DNA from: the human T2T-CHM13v2.0 reference genome, Homo sapiens
DNA: 64,000 nt
Reading direction: 5' to 3' (one strand)
Assembly (NCBI RefSeq): GCF_009914755.1
Contig: NC_060939.1
The position numbers were made by a program, and so were the translations under genes. How positions within the stretch are numbered: the first letter of the stretch is position 1; every line of letters starts with the position of its first letter. Below the pieces are notes generated by a model. That model searched no databases, was not told the origin of the DNA, and saw only the letters and a list, made by a program, of their open reading frames with translations. This document shows positions 46,431 to 60,860 of this stretch, in pieces.

Positions 46431-49400
46431 AGAGATATATCACAATGTCCCCTGTACAAAAAGCATGGAAATGATTTACACCACCTCGGTGATCAGTGCA
46501 TAGGTATGTCAGAAATCCCCAGTAGGCTGAACCTAGACAAGGGTTACATCACTTAGGTGATCAGTGTAGAGATATGTGAAAAGTCCCATGTAGACAGAGC
46601 CTAGACAAGTGTTCCATCAGCTAGTGATCAGTGCAGGGATAAGTTGTAAAGCCTACTGTAGGCAGAGTGTAGACAAGTGTTTCCTCCCTGGGGTGATCAC
46701 TGTAGAGATATGTCACAAAGCCCCTGTAAGCAGAACCTTGACAAGGGTTACATCACCTGTTTGATCAGTGGAAATGTATATCACAAAGTCCCCTGTAGGC
46801 AAAGCCCAGACAATTGTTACATCACCTGGGTGAGCAGTGGAGAGATCTGTCACAATGCCCCTGTAGGCAGAGATTAAACAAGGGTTACATCACCTGGGTG
46901 ATCAGTGCAGAGATATGTCAAAACACTCCTGTAGGATGAACCTAGACAGGAGTAACCACCCGGGTGATCAGTGCAGAGATATGTGAGAATTCCCGTGTAG
47001 ACAGAGTCTAGACAAGCGTTACATCACCTAGGTTATAAGTGCAGGTATAAGTAGTAAAGCCTCCTGTAGGCAGAGCGTAGACAAGAGTTCCCTCCCAAGG
47101 GTGATAAGTGCAGAGATGTGTCACAAAGCCCCCATAGGCAGAGCCTAGACAAGAGTTTCATCACTTGGTTGATCAGTTCAGAGATGTGTCAAAATGTCCA
47201 TGTAGGCAGATCTAAGACAAGAGTCCATCACCTGGGTGATCAGTGCAGAGATATGTACCAATGTCCCCTGTAGGCAGTGCCTAGACAAGAGTTACATCAC
47301 CTCAGAGATCAGTGCATAGATCTGTCACAAAGCCTTCTATAGGCAAACCCATACAAGGCTTACATCATCTAGGTGACCAGCGCAGAGATACGTCACACAA
47401 ATCCTTGTAGAGAGAGCCTAGACAAGGGTTACATCACCTAGATGAACACTACAGAGATATTTCACAATACCCCCTGTAGGCAGATCGTAGACAAGAGTTG
47501 AATCACCTGGGTGATCAGTGCAGAGATATTTCACAATGACCCCTATGGGTAGACGGTAGACAAGAGTTACATCACCTAGGTGATCCAAGGAGAGATTTGT
47601 CAAAATTCCCAGTAGGCAGTACTTATAGAAGTGTTACATCACCTAAGTGATCAGTGCAGAGATATGTCACAAAGCTCCTGTAGGCAGAACTTAGATGAGT
47701 TATATCACCTGGGAGATCAGTGCAAAGGTATGTCACAAAGCCCCATGTAGGCAAAGCCTAGACAATAGTTCCATCACTTGGGTGATCAGTGGCGAGATCT
47801 CTCACAATTCCCCTGTAGGTAGAGCTTATACAACAGTTACCTCACCTGGGTGATCAGTGCAGAGATATGTCACAATGCCCCCATAGGAAGATCCAAGACA
47901 AGAGTCCGTCACCTGGGTGATCAGTGCAGAGATATGTGAGAAATCCCGTGTAGGCAGAGCCTAGACAAGTGTTACATCAACTAGGTTATCAGTGCAGGTA
48001 TAAGTCATAAAGCCTCCTACAGGCAGAGCGTAGAAAAGAGTTCCCTCCCCAGGGTGATCAGTGCAGAGATGTGTCACAAAGCCCTGTAGGCAGAGCCCAG
48101 ACAAGAGATTCATCACTTGGTTGATCAGTTCAGAGATGTGTCACAATCTCCATGTAGGCAGATCTAAGACAAGAGTCCATCACCTGGGTGATCAGTGCAG
48201 AGATATGGACCAATATCCCCTGTAGGCAGTGCCTAGACAAGAGTTGCATCACCTCAGAGATCAGTGCCGAGATATTTCACAAAGCCTTCTGTAGGCAAAG
48301 CCCATACAAGGCTTACATCACCTAGGTGATCAGTGCAGCGATATGTCACAAAAATCCCTGCAGACAGAGACTAGAAAAGAGGTACATCAACTGGGAGATC
48401 AGTGCAGATATTTGACACAATGCCCCCATAGACAGAGCCTAGACAAGACTTCCATCACCTTGGCGATAAGTGCAGAGATATGTCACAAATCCCCCTCTAG
48501 GCAGAGTACAGAGAAGAGTCCCATCACCTGGGTGATCAGTGCAGAGATATTTCACAATGCCCCCTGTGGGCAGAGAGTGGACAAGAGTTACATAACCTAG
48601 GTGATCTGTGCAGAGCTATATCAAAACGCCCCTGTAGGCAGAGCCTAGATAAATATTACATCACCTGGGTGATCAGTGCAGAGATACGTCACAATAACCC
48701 CTGTAGGTGGAGCCTAGACAAGAGTTACATCAACTGGGTGATCAGTGCAGAGATATGTCACAAAGCCCCTGTAGGCACAGCCTAAAGAAGTGTTACATCA
48801 CCTGGGTGATCAGTGAAGAAATATGTCACAAAGCCCCTGTAGGACGAGCCTAGACAAGAGTTGTTACATCTCCTGGGTGATCAGTGCAAAGATATGTCAC
48901 AAAGCCCCCTGTAGACAAATCTCAGAAAATTGTTACATCACATGGGTGATCAGTGGAGATATCTGTCAAAATTCCCCTACAGGCGCAGCTTAGACAAGCG
49001 TTACATCACATGAGTGATCATTTCAGAGATATGTCACTATGCCCCCATAGGCAGATCCAAGACAAGAGTCCATCACCTCGGTGATCAGTGCAGATATATG
49101 CCACAATGCCACCAGTAGGCAGATATAGAGAAAGTTACATCACCTGCGTGATCAAGGCAGAGATATGTCACAATGCCCCTGTAGGCAGAGCCTAGACGAG
49201 AGTCCCATCACCTGGGTGATCAGTGCAGAGTTATGTCACAATGCCCCCTCTTGACAGAGCCTAGAAAATGGTTATATCACCTGGGTGATCAGTGCAGAGA
49301 TGTGCCACAACACCCCTGTAGCCAGAGCCTAGACCAGAGTTACATCACCTGGGTGATCAGTGCAGAGATATGTCATAAATCCCACTGTAGGCAAAGCCTA

Positions 49401-52400
49401 GACAAGTTTTACATCACCTCAGCGATCAGTGCAGAAATATGGCCCAATATCCCTCTAGGCAGAGCTTAGACAAGAGTCACATCTCCTGGGTGATCAGTGC
49501 AGAGAAAAGTCACAATGCCCCCGTAGGCAGAGCATAGACGAGAGTTCCATAACCCGGGTGATCCGTGCAGAGTGATGTCACAACGCCCTCTGTAGGCAGA
49601 GAGTAGAAAAGAGTTACATCACCTGGGTGATCAGTGCAGATATATGTCACAATACCCGATGTAGGCAGAGCATAGAGAAGAGTGGCATCACCTCGGTGAT
49701 CAGTGCAGATATATGTCACAATGTCCCCTGCAGGCAAAGCCTAGGCAAGAGTTACATCACGTTTGTCATCAGTTTAGGGATATGTGAAAACGCCCCTGTA
49801 GGCAGAGCCTAGACAAGAGTTACATCACCTAGTTAATCAGTGCAGAGATATTTCACAATACACACTGTAGGCAGTTACTAGGCAAGAGTTGAATCACCTG
49901 GGTGATCAGTGCAGAGATATTTCACAATGCCCCCTTTGGGCAGAGGGTAGACAAGAGTTACATCACCGAGGTGATCCGTGCAGAGATTTGTCAAAATTCC
50001 CTTTGGCAGTGCTCATAAAAGTGTTACATCACCTAAGTGATCAGTGTAAAGATATGTCACAAAGCTCCTGTAGGAAGAACTTAGATGAGTTACGTCACCT
50101 GGGAGATCAGTGCAAAGGTATGTCACAAAGCCCCATGTAGGCAAAGCCTAGACAATAGTTCCATCACTTGGGTGATCAGTGGCGAGATCTCTCACAATAC
50201 CCCTGTAGGCAGAGCTTATACAACAGTTACATCATCTGGGTGATCAGTGCAGAGATATGTCACAATGCCCCCATAGGCAGATCCAAGACAAGAGTCCGTC
50301 ACCTGGGTGATCAGTGCAGAGATATGTGAGAATTCCCGTGTAGGCAGTGTCTAGACAAGAGTTACATCACCTAGGATATCAGTGCAGGTATAAGTCATAA
50401 AGCCTCCTGTAGGCAGAGCGTAGACAAGAGTTCCCTCCCCAGGGTGATCAGTGCAGAGATGTGTCACAAAGCCCCTGTAGGCAGAGCCTAGACAAGAGTT
50501 TCATCACTTGGTTGATCAGTTCAGAGATGTGTCACAATCTCCATGTAGGCAGATCTAAGACAAGAGTCCATTACCTGGGTGATCAGTGCAGAGATATGTA
50601 CCAATGTCCCCTGAAGGCAGTGCCTAGACAAGAGTTGCATCACCTCAGATGTCAGTGCATAGATATGTCACAAAGCCTTCTGTAGGCAAAGCCCATACAA
50701 GGCTTACATCACCTAGGTGATCAGTGCAGTGATATGTCACAAAAATCCCTGTAGACAGAGCCTAGAAAAGAGTTACATCACCTGGGTGATCAGTGCAGAT
50801 ATTTGACACAATGCCCCCATAGACAGAGCCTAGACAAGACTTCCATCACCTGGTTGATCAGTGCAGAGATATGTCACAAATTCCCCTCTAGGCAGAGTAT
50901 AGAGAAGAGTCCCATCACCTGGGTGATCAGTGCAGAGATATTTCACAATGCCCCCTGTAGACAGAGAGTGGACAAGAGTTACATAACCTAGGTGATCTGT
51001 GAAGAGCTATGCCAAAACGCCCCTGTAGGCAGAGCCTAGATAAATGTTACATCACCTGGGTGATCAGTGCAGAGATACGTCACAATAACCCCTGTAGGTG
51101 GAGCCTAGACAAGAGTTACATCAACTGGGTGATCAGTGCAGAGATATGTCACAAAGCCCCTGTAGGCAGAGCCTAAACAAGAGTTACATCACCTGGCTGA
51201 TCAGTGCAGAAATATGTCACAAAGCCCCTGTAGGCCCTGCCTAGCCAAGAGTTGTTACCTCTCCTGGGTGATCAGTGCAAAGATATGGCACAAAGCCCCC
51301 TGTAGATAAATCCCAGAAAATTGTTACATCACCTGGGTGATCAGTGGAGATATCTGTCAAAATTCCCCTTCAGGCACAGCTTGGACAAGCGTTACATCCC
51401 ATGAGTGATCAGTGCAGAGATAAGTCACTATGCCCCCATAGGCAGATCCAAGACAAGAGTCCATCACCTGGGTGATCAGTGCAGAAATATGTCACAATGT
51501 CGACAGTAGGCAGATACAGACAAGAGTTACATCACCTGCGTGATCACTGCAGAGATATGTCACAATGCCCCTGTAGGCAGAGCCTAGACACGAGTCCCAT
51601 CACCTGGGCGATCAGCGCAGAGTTATGTCACAATGCCCCCTTTTGACAGAGCCTAGACAAGGGTTACATCACCTGGGTGATCAGTGCAGAGATGTGTCAC
51701 AAGCCCGCTGTAGCCAGAGCCTATATATGAGATACACCAGCTATGTGATCAGTGCAGTGACATGTCACAATGTCCCTGTAGCCATATCCTTGAGAAAAGT
51801 GACATCACCTCGGTGATCAGTGCGTAGATATGTCACAATATCTCCAATAGGCAGATTAGACAAGAGTTACATCTCCTGGGTGATCAGGGCAGAGATATGT
51901 CACAATGCCCCCTGTAAGCAGATCCCAGACAAGAGTTGCATCACCTCGGTGATCAGTGCAGTGATATGTCTCAATGCCCCCTGTCATTGAAGCCTATACA
52001 AGAGTAACATCATCTCGGTGATCAGTGCAGTGATATGTTAAAATGCCCCTGTAGGCAGAGCCTAGACAAGAGTCACATCACCTGGGTGATCAGTGCAGAG
52101 ATATCTCACAATAACCCCTGTAAGCAGAGCCTACACAACAGTTACAACACCTGGGTGATCAGTGCAGAGATATGTCATGAATCTCACTGTAGGCAAAGCC
52201 TAGACAAGTTTTACACCACCTCAGCTATCAGTGCAGGGATATGTCCCAATGTCCCTCAAGGCAGAGCTTAGACAAGAGTCACATCTCCTGGGTGATCAGT
52301 GCAGAGATAAGTCACAATGACCCTGTAGGCAGAGCCTAGACAATAGTTACATAACCCGGGTGATCCGTGCAGAGTCATGTCACAACGCCCTCTGTAGGCA

Positions 52401-55400
52401 GAGACTAGAAAAGAGTTACATCACCTTTGTGATCAGTGCAGAGATATGTCACAATGCCCCCTGTAGGCAGAGCATAGAGGAGAGTTGCAACACCTGGGTG
52501 ATCAGTGCAGAGATATGTCACAAAGCTCCTGTAGGCAGAACTTAGATGAGTTACATCACCTGGGAGATCAGTGCAAAGGTATGTCACAAAGCCCCATGTA
52601 GGCAAAGCCTAGACAACAGTTACATCACTTGGGTGATCAGTGGCGAGATCTCTCACAATTCCCCTGTAGACAGAGCTTATACAACAGTTACATCACCTGG
52701 GTGATCAGTGCAGAGATATGTCACAATGCCCCCATAGGCAGATCCAAGGCAAGAGTCCGTCACCTCGGTGATCAGTGCAGAGATATGTGAGAATTCCCGT
52801 GTAGGCAGAGCCTAGACAAGTGTTACATCAACTAGGTTAGCAGTGCAGGTATAAGTCATAAAGCCTCCTGTAGGCAGAGCGTAGACAAGAGTTCCCTCCC
52901 CAGGGTGATCAGTGCAGAGATGTGTCACAAAGCCCCTGTAGGCAGAGCCTAGACAAGAGTTTCATCACTTGGTTGATCAGTTCAGAGATGTGTCACAATG
53001 TCCACGTAGGCAGATCTAAGTCAAGACTCCATCACCTGGGTGATCTGTGCAGAGATATGTACCAATGTCCCCTGTAGGCAGTGCCTAGACAAGAGTTGCA
53101 TCACCTCAGAGATCAGTGCAGAGATATTTCACAAAGCCTTCTGTAGGCAAAACCCATACAAGGCTTACATCACCTAGGTGATCAGTGCAGTGATATGTCA
53201 AAAAAATCTCCGTAGACAGAGCCTAGAAAAGAGGTACATCACCTGGGTGATCAGTGCAGATATTTGACAGAATGCCCCCATAGACAGAGCCTAGACAAGA
53301 CTTCCATCACCTTGGCGATCAGTGCAGAGATATGTCACAAATCCCCCTCTAAGCAGAGTACAGAGAAGAGTCCCATCACCTGATTGATCAGTGCAGAGAT
53401 GTTTCACAATGTCCCCTGTAGACAGAGAGTGGGCAAGGGTTACATAACCTAGGTGATCTGTGCAGAGCTATGTCAAAACGCCCCTGTAGGCAGAGCCTAG
53501 ATAAATGTTACATCACCTGGGTGATCAGCGCAGAGATAGGTCACAATACCCCTGTAGGTGGAGCCTAGACAAGAGTTACATCAACTGGGTGATCAGTGCA
53601 GAGATATGTCACAAATCCCTGATAGGCAGAGCCTAGACAAGAGTCCCATCACCTGGGTGATCATTGCAGAGTTATGTCACAAAGCCCCCTTTTGACAGAG
53701 CCTAGACAAGGGTTACATCACCTGGGTGATCATTGCAGAGATGTGTCACAAGCCCCCTGTAGCCAGAGCCTGGAAAAGAGTTACATCTGCTGTGTGATCA
53801 GTGCAGTGACATTTCACAATGTCCCTGTAGCCATATCCTTGAGAAAAGTGACATCACCTGGGTGATCAGTGCGGAGATATATCACATTGTCTCCAGTAGG
53901 CAGAGCCTAGACAAGAGTTACATCACCTGGGTGATCAGGGCATAGATATGTCACAATGACCCCTGTAAGCAGATATGAGACAAGAGTTGCATCACCTCGG
54001 TGATCAGTGCAGATTTATGTCTCAATGCACCTTTTCAGCGAAGCCTATACAAAAGTTACATCATCTCGGTGATCAGTGCAGTGATATGTTAAAATGCCCC
54101 TGTAGGCAGAGCCTAGACAAGAGTTACATCACCTGGGTGATCAGTGCAGAGATATCTCATCATACTCCCTTTAAGCAGAACCTAGACAAGAGTTACATCA
54201 CCTGGGTGATTAATGCAGAGATATGTCATAAATCCCACGTAGGCAAAGCCTAGACAAGTTTTATATAACCTCAGCGATCAGTGCAGAGATATGTCCCAAT
54301 GTCCCTCTAGGCAGAGCTTAGAAAAGGGTCACACCTCCTGAGTGATCAGTGCAGAGATAAGTCACAATGCCCCCATAGGCAGAGCCTAGAGGAGAGTTAC
54401 ATAACCCTGGTGATCCGTGCAGAGTGATGTCACAACGCCCTCTGTAGGCAGAGACTAGAAAAGAGTTACATCACCTGGGTGATCAGTGCAGAGATATGTC
54501 ACAATGCCCCCAGGAGGCAGAGCATAGAGAAGAGTTGCATCACATGGGTGATCAGTGCAGAGATATGTCAAAATGTCCCCTGTAGGCAGAGCATAGAGAA
54601 GAGTTGCATCACATGGGTGATCAGTGCAGAGATATGTCAGAATGTCCCCTGTAGGCAGAGCATAGAGAAGAGTTGCATCACCTGGGTGATCAGTGCGGAG
54701 ATATGTCACAATGTCCCCTGTAGGCAAAGCCTAGGCAAGAGTTGCATCACCTAGGTGATCAGTGCAGATATATGTCCAATGTCCCCTGTAGGCAAAGCCT
54801 AGGCAAGAGTTACATCACCTTTGTCATCAGTTCAGGGATATGTGAAAATGCCCCTGTAGGCAGAGGTTAGAGAAGAGTTACATCACTTTGTTGATCAGTG
54901 CAGATATGTTTCACAATACCCCCTGTAGGCAGATCTTAGACAAGAGTTGAATCACCTTGGTGATCAGTGCAGAGATATTTCACAATGCCCCCTTTGGGCA
55001 GAGGGTAGACAAGAGATACATCACCTAGGTGATCCGTGCAAAGATTTGTCAAATTTCCCTGAAGGCAGTGCTTATAAAAGTGTTACATCAGCTAAGTGAT
55101 CAGTGCAGAGATATGTCACAAAGCTCCTGTAAGCAGAATTTAGATGAGTTACATAACCGGGTGATCATTGCACAGGTATGTCACAAAGCCCCCTGTAGGC
55201 AAAGCCTAGACAATAGTTCCATCACTTGGGTGATCAGTGGCGAGGTCTCTCACAATTCCCCTGTAGGCAGAGCTTATACAAGAGTTACATCACCTAGGTG
55301 ATCAGTGCAGAGATATTTCACAATGCCCTTGCAGGCAGAGCGTAAGCAAGAGTTACATCACCTAGATGATCAGCGCATAGATATGTCACAAGGCCCCCTA

Positions 55401-57972
55401 TAGGCAGAGCCTGGACAAGAGTTACATCACCTCGGTGATCAATGCAGCGATATGTCACTATGCCCCGTAGGCAGAGCCTAGTCAAGCGTTACATCACCTG
55501 GGTGATCAGTGCACATATATGTCACAAAGCCCCCATACACAGAGCCTAGACGAGAGTCCCATCACCTGGGTATTCAGTGCAGAGTTCTGTCACAAATTCC
55601 CTTTAGGCAGATCCTAGACAAGTGTTACATCACTTGGATGATCAGTGTAAAGATATGTCACAATGTCACTGTAGGCAGAGTCTAGACAAGAGTTACATGA
55701 CGTAGGTGATCAGTGCAGAGATACATCGCAATGTCCCTGTAGGCAGAGCCTTGACAAATGGTACATCACCTGGGTGATCATTGCAGGGATATGTCACAAA
55801 TCACCCTGTAGGCAGATCCTAGAAAAGAGTTACATCACCTAGGTGATCAGTGCAGAGATTTGTCAAAATTCCCTGTGGGCAGTGCTTATATAAGTGTTGC
55901 ATCACCTAAGAGATCAGTGCAGAGATACGTCACAAAGCTCCTGTAGGCAGAATTTAGATGAGTTTACATCACCTCGGTGATCAGTGCAAAGCTATGTCAC
56001 AAACCCCCTGTAGGCAAAGCCTAGACAATAGTTACATCACTTGTGTGATCAGTGGTGAGATCTCTCACAATTCCCCTGTCGGCAGAGATTATACAATAGT
56101 TACATCACCTGGGTGATCAGTGCAGAGATATGTAACAGTACCCCCATAGGCAGATCCAAGACAAGAGTCCGTCACCTGGGTGATCAGTGCAGAAATATGT
56201 CACAAAGCCCCCTTAGGCAGAGCCTAGACAAAAGACCCATCACCTGGATGATTAGTGCAGAGTTATGTCACAAAGTCCCTTTAGGCAGATCTTAGACAAG
56301 AGTTACATCACTTGGATGATCAGTGCAGAGATATGTCACAATGCCATTGTAAGCAGAGCCTAGATAAGTGTTACATGACCTAGGTGAACACTGCAGGGAT
56401 ACATCGCAATGTCCCTGTAGGCAGAGCCTTGACAAGTGGTACATCACCTGGGTGATCATTGCAGGGATATGTCACAAGGCACCCTGTAGGCATATCCTAG
56501 AAAAGAGTTACATCACCTGGGTGATCAGTGCAGAGATATGTCACAATGCCACTGTAGGCAGAGCCTAGACAAGAGTTACATGACCTAGGTGATCAGTGCA
56601 GAGATACATCGCAATGCCCCTGTAGGTAGAGCCTTGGCAAGTGGCATATCACCTGGGTGATCATTGCAGGGATATGTCACAAGGCACCCTGTAGGCATAT
56701 CCTAGAAAAGAGTTACATCACCTGGGTGATCAGTGCAGAGATATGTCACAATGCCACTGTAGGCAGAGCCTAGACAAGAGTTACATGACCTAGGTGATCA
56801 GTGCAGAGATACATCGCAATGCCCCTGTAGGCAGAGCCTTGAAAAGTGGTATATCACCTGGGTGATCATTGCAGGGATATGTCACAAAGCACCCTGTAGG
56901 CAGATCCTAGAGAAGAGTTATATCACCTGAGTGATCAGTGCAGAGATATGTCACAAGCCCCCTGTAGGCAGAGCCTAGACAAGAGTTATATCACCTGGGT
57001 GATCAGTGCAGTGATATGTCACAATGCCGTGCAGCCAGAGCCTAGACTAAATTTACAGCACCTGGGAGATCAGTGCAGAGATATGTCACAATGTCCCCAG
57101 TAGGCAGAGACCAGGCAAGAGTTGGATCACCTCGGGATCAGTGCAGAGATATGTCTCAATCCCCCTGTGGGCACAGCCTAGACAAGAGTTACATCACCTA
57201 GGTTAACAGTGCAGAGATATGTCGAAATGTCCTGTAGGCAGAACCTACACAAGTGTTACATCACTTAGGTAATCAGTGCAGAGATATGTCACAATACCCC
57301 CTGTAAGCAGAGCCTAGACAAGAGTTAGATCACCTGGGTGAACAATGAAGAGATATGTGGCAACGTCCCTTTAAGCAGAGCCTAGACAATAGTTACATCA
57401 CCTGAGTGATCAGTGCAGAGATCTGTCACAATGCCCCTTTAGGCAGAGCTCAGAACAGAGTTACATCACCTGGGTGATCAGTGCGGATATATGTCACAAT
57501 GCCCCCATAGGCAAATCCAAGACAAGGGTCTGTCACCTGGGTGATCAGTGCAGAAATATGTGACAATGCCCCCAGTAGGCAGAGCCAAGAGAAGAGTCCC
57601 ACTACCTGGGTGATCAGTGCAGAGATATGTGACAAGGACCCTTTAAGAAGAACCTAGACTATAGTTACATCACCTGAGTGATCAGTGCAGAGATCTGTCA
57701 CAATGACCCTTTAGGCAGAGCTTAGACCAGAGTTACATCACCTGCGTGATCAGTGCAGAGATATTTCACAATGCCCCCATAGGCAGATCCAACACAAGAG
57801 TTACATCACCTGGGTGATCAGTGTAGAGATATGTCACAATGCCCCCATAGGCATAGCCTAGAAAAAAGTCCCATCACCTGGGTGATCAGTGCAGAGATAT
57901 GTCACAAAGTCCCAGTAGGCAGAGCCTAGACAAGGTTTACATCACTTTGTTGATCAGTTCCGAGATGTGTCA
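46312..57972 (+). repeat. Beta satellite (68-bp Sau3A/BSR) array 1
   Basis: Tandem ~68-bp unit GATCAGTGCAGAGATATGTCACAATGCCCCTGTAGGCAGAGCCTAGACAAGAGTTACATCACCTGGGT, usually one GATC per monomer. Confidence 0.97.
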
Positions 57973-58581
57973 TGCTGACTGTTTGATCCTGGAGCTCTGT
58001 GGGCACCAGTAAACATGCAGGGAAGGGTGGAAGAAAGGCATGGTGCCTTCGCTCTACTTGCCAGTTTCCAAACCGGCCACACAGCAGACTCCCCATGTTG
58101 CCGCACAAGGGAATCCAACGTCAAGCCATCACGCTGGGGAGGCATCTTCTCTCTGGTGTCTTGCTGTAGTCTCCTATGTGGAAATGAACGAGAGCCACAC
58201 GCCTGCGTGTGTGAGACTGTCCTGGCAATGGCGACACCCACAGGCACTGCCTCCTTCAGGGAGAGAGGGCCTGGAACACTCAAGACTCCCACGGAGGTTC
58301 AGTTCCACACTCCTTTCCACTCTCCCAGGCCGGTTTCTCCCTGCTGAAGACGCGTGGGAGCCCAGAGAGCGGTTTCCAGTTCCCGCGGGATTCCTGGAGA
58401 GGTCCGGAGAGCCAGCCCCCGAAACGCAACCCCCTCACGCCTTCCACCTCGCCCCCTTCCTCTTCGTCTCTCCGGCCCCACCACCACCATCTCCACGCCC
58501 TCCCCCCCCCCACCCCACCACAGCCCGGCGGCAGTCCTCGACGCCCTGGGACCCTTCTGGGGTGGGGCAGGCTGTCCCAGT

Positions 58582-60040
<1,459 letters not shown>

Positions 60041-60600
60041 GACGCGGGGTTGGGACGAGGTCGCATCGGGGCAGGGCGTTGGCATCTCTTTCGCGGGGAA
60101 CACCTGGCTTGCTATGGAAGGGCGTATCTTCCCCCTGCCCCCTCCACCGGCTGACCAGCCTGGGATTCCTGCCTTCTAGGTGTAGGCCCGGTGAGAAAAT
60201 CCACCCAGCGAAAAACTTCCATTCTTTCCTGGGCATCCCGGGGATCCCAGACCCGGCCCAGGTACCAGCAGGTGGGCCGCCTACTGCGCACGCGCGTGTT
60301 TGTGGGCAGCCGCCTGGGATGTGGGAGCAGCCCGAGCAGAGCTCTCATGCCTTTCCACCACCCCACCCCCACCTGACCACCCCCACACCACCCTCACCAC
60401 CCACCCCCAGAAAATGCGTCCTCCCCTGGGCTGAGTGGAGACCCCCGTCCCGTGAAACACCGTGCTCGCGCAGCATCCAGGCCTGACACCCCACCGGCGG
60501 CTCGCCTCCGTTGCGCATCCACGCCACCATCGCCAGCCCGCCCGTGCCCCTGCAGCCTCCCAGCTGTCACCATGGAGCGCCCAGCGGCGGAACGCACACG

Positions 60601-60860
60601 TCTAGCTCTCTTTGCCAGCCTCCTGGCTAGACCTGCAATAATTGTGCACCCCAGCTGACGTTCAAGGGAGACCGCTGGCCTCTCTGGGCCCTTGTCCATC
60701 TGTGAAATTCCGGCTGAGACTCTCCCAACACCTTCCGACGCTCTTTAGTCAAAGCCTGGAGAATAGTTACATCTCCTGGATGATCAGTTCAGAAATATGT
60801 CACAATGCCCTCTCCATGCGGAGCCTAGAGAAGATTTGCATCTTTTGGGTGATCAGTGCA
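60601..60860 (+). other. pLAM-like segment (DUX4 exon 3 paralogue), copy 2, no ATTAAA
   Basis: Collinear with copy 1 at offset ~14429; acceptor AG at 60629-60630; poly(A)-signal position reads GTCACA (60799-60804). Confidence 0.87.

Noticed and set aside
58440-58520. C-tracts with minus-strand G-quadruplex potential (also ~45925-45980 and ~60355-60410)
   Set aside because: An ordinary property of D4Z4/LSau sequence; nothing locus-specific.
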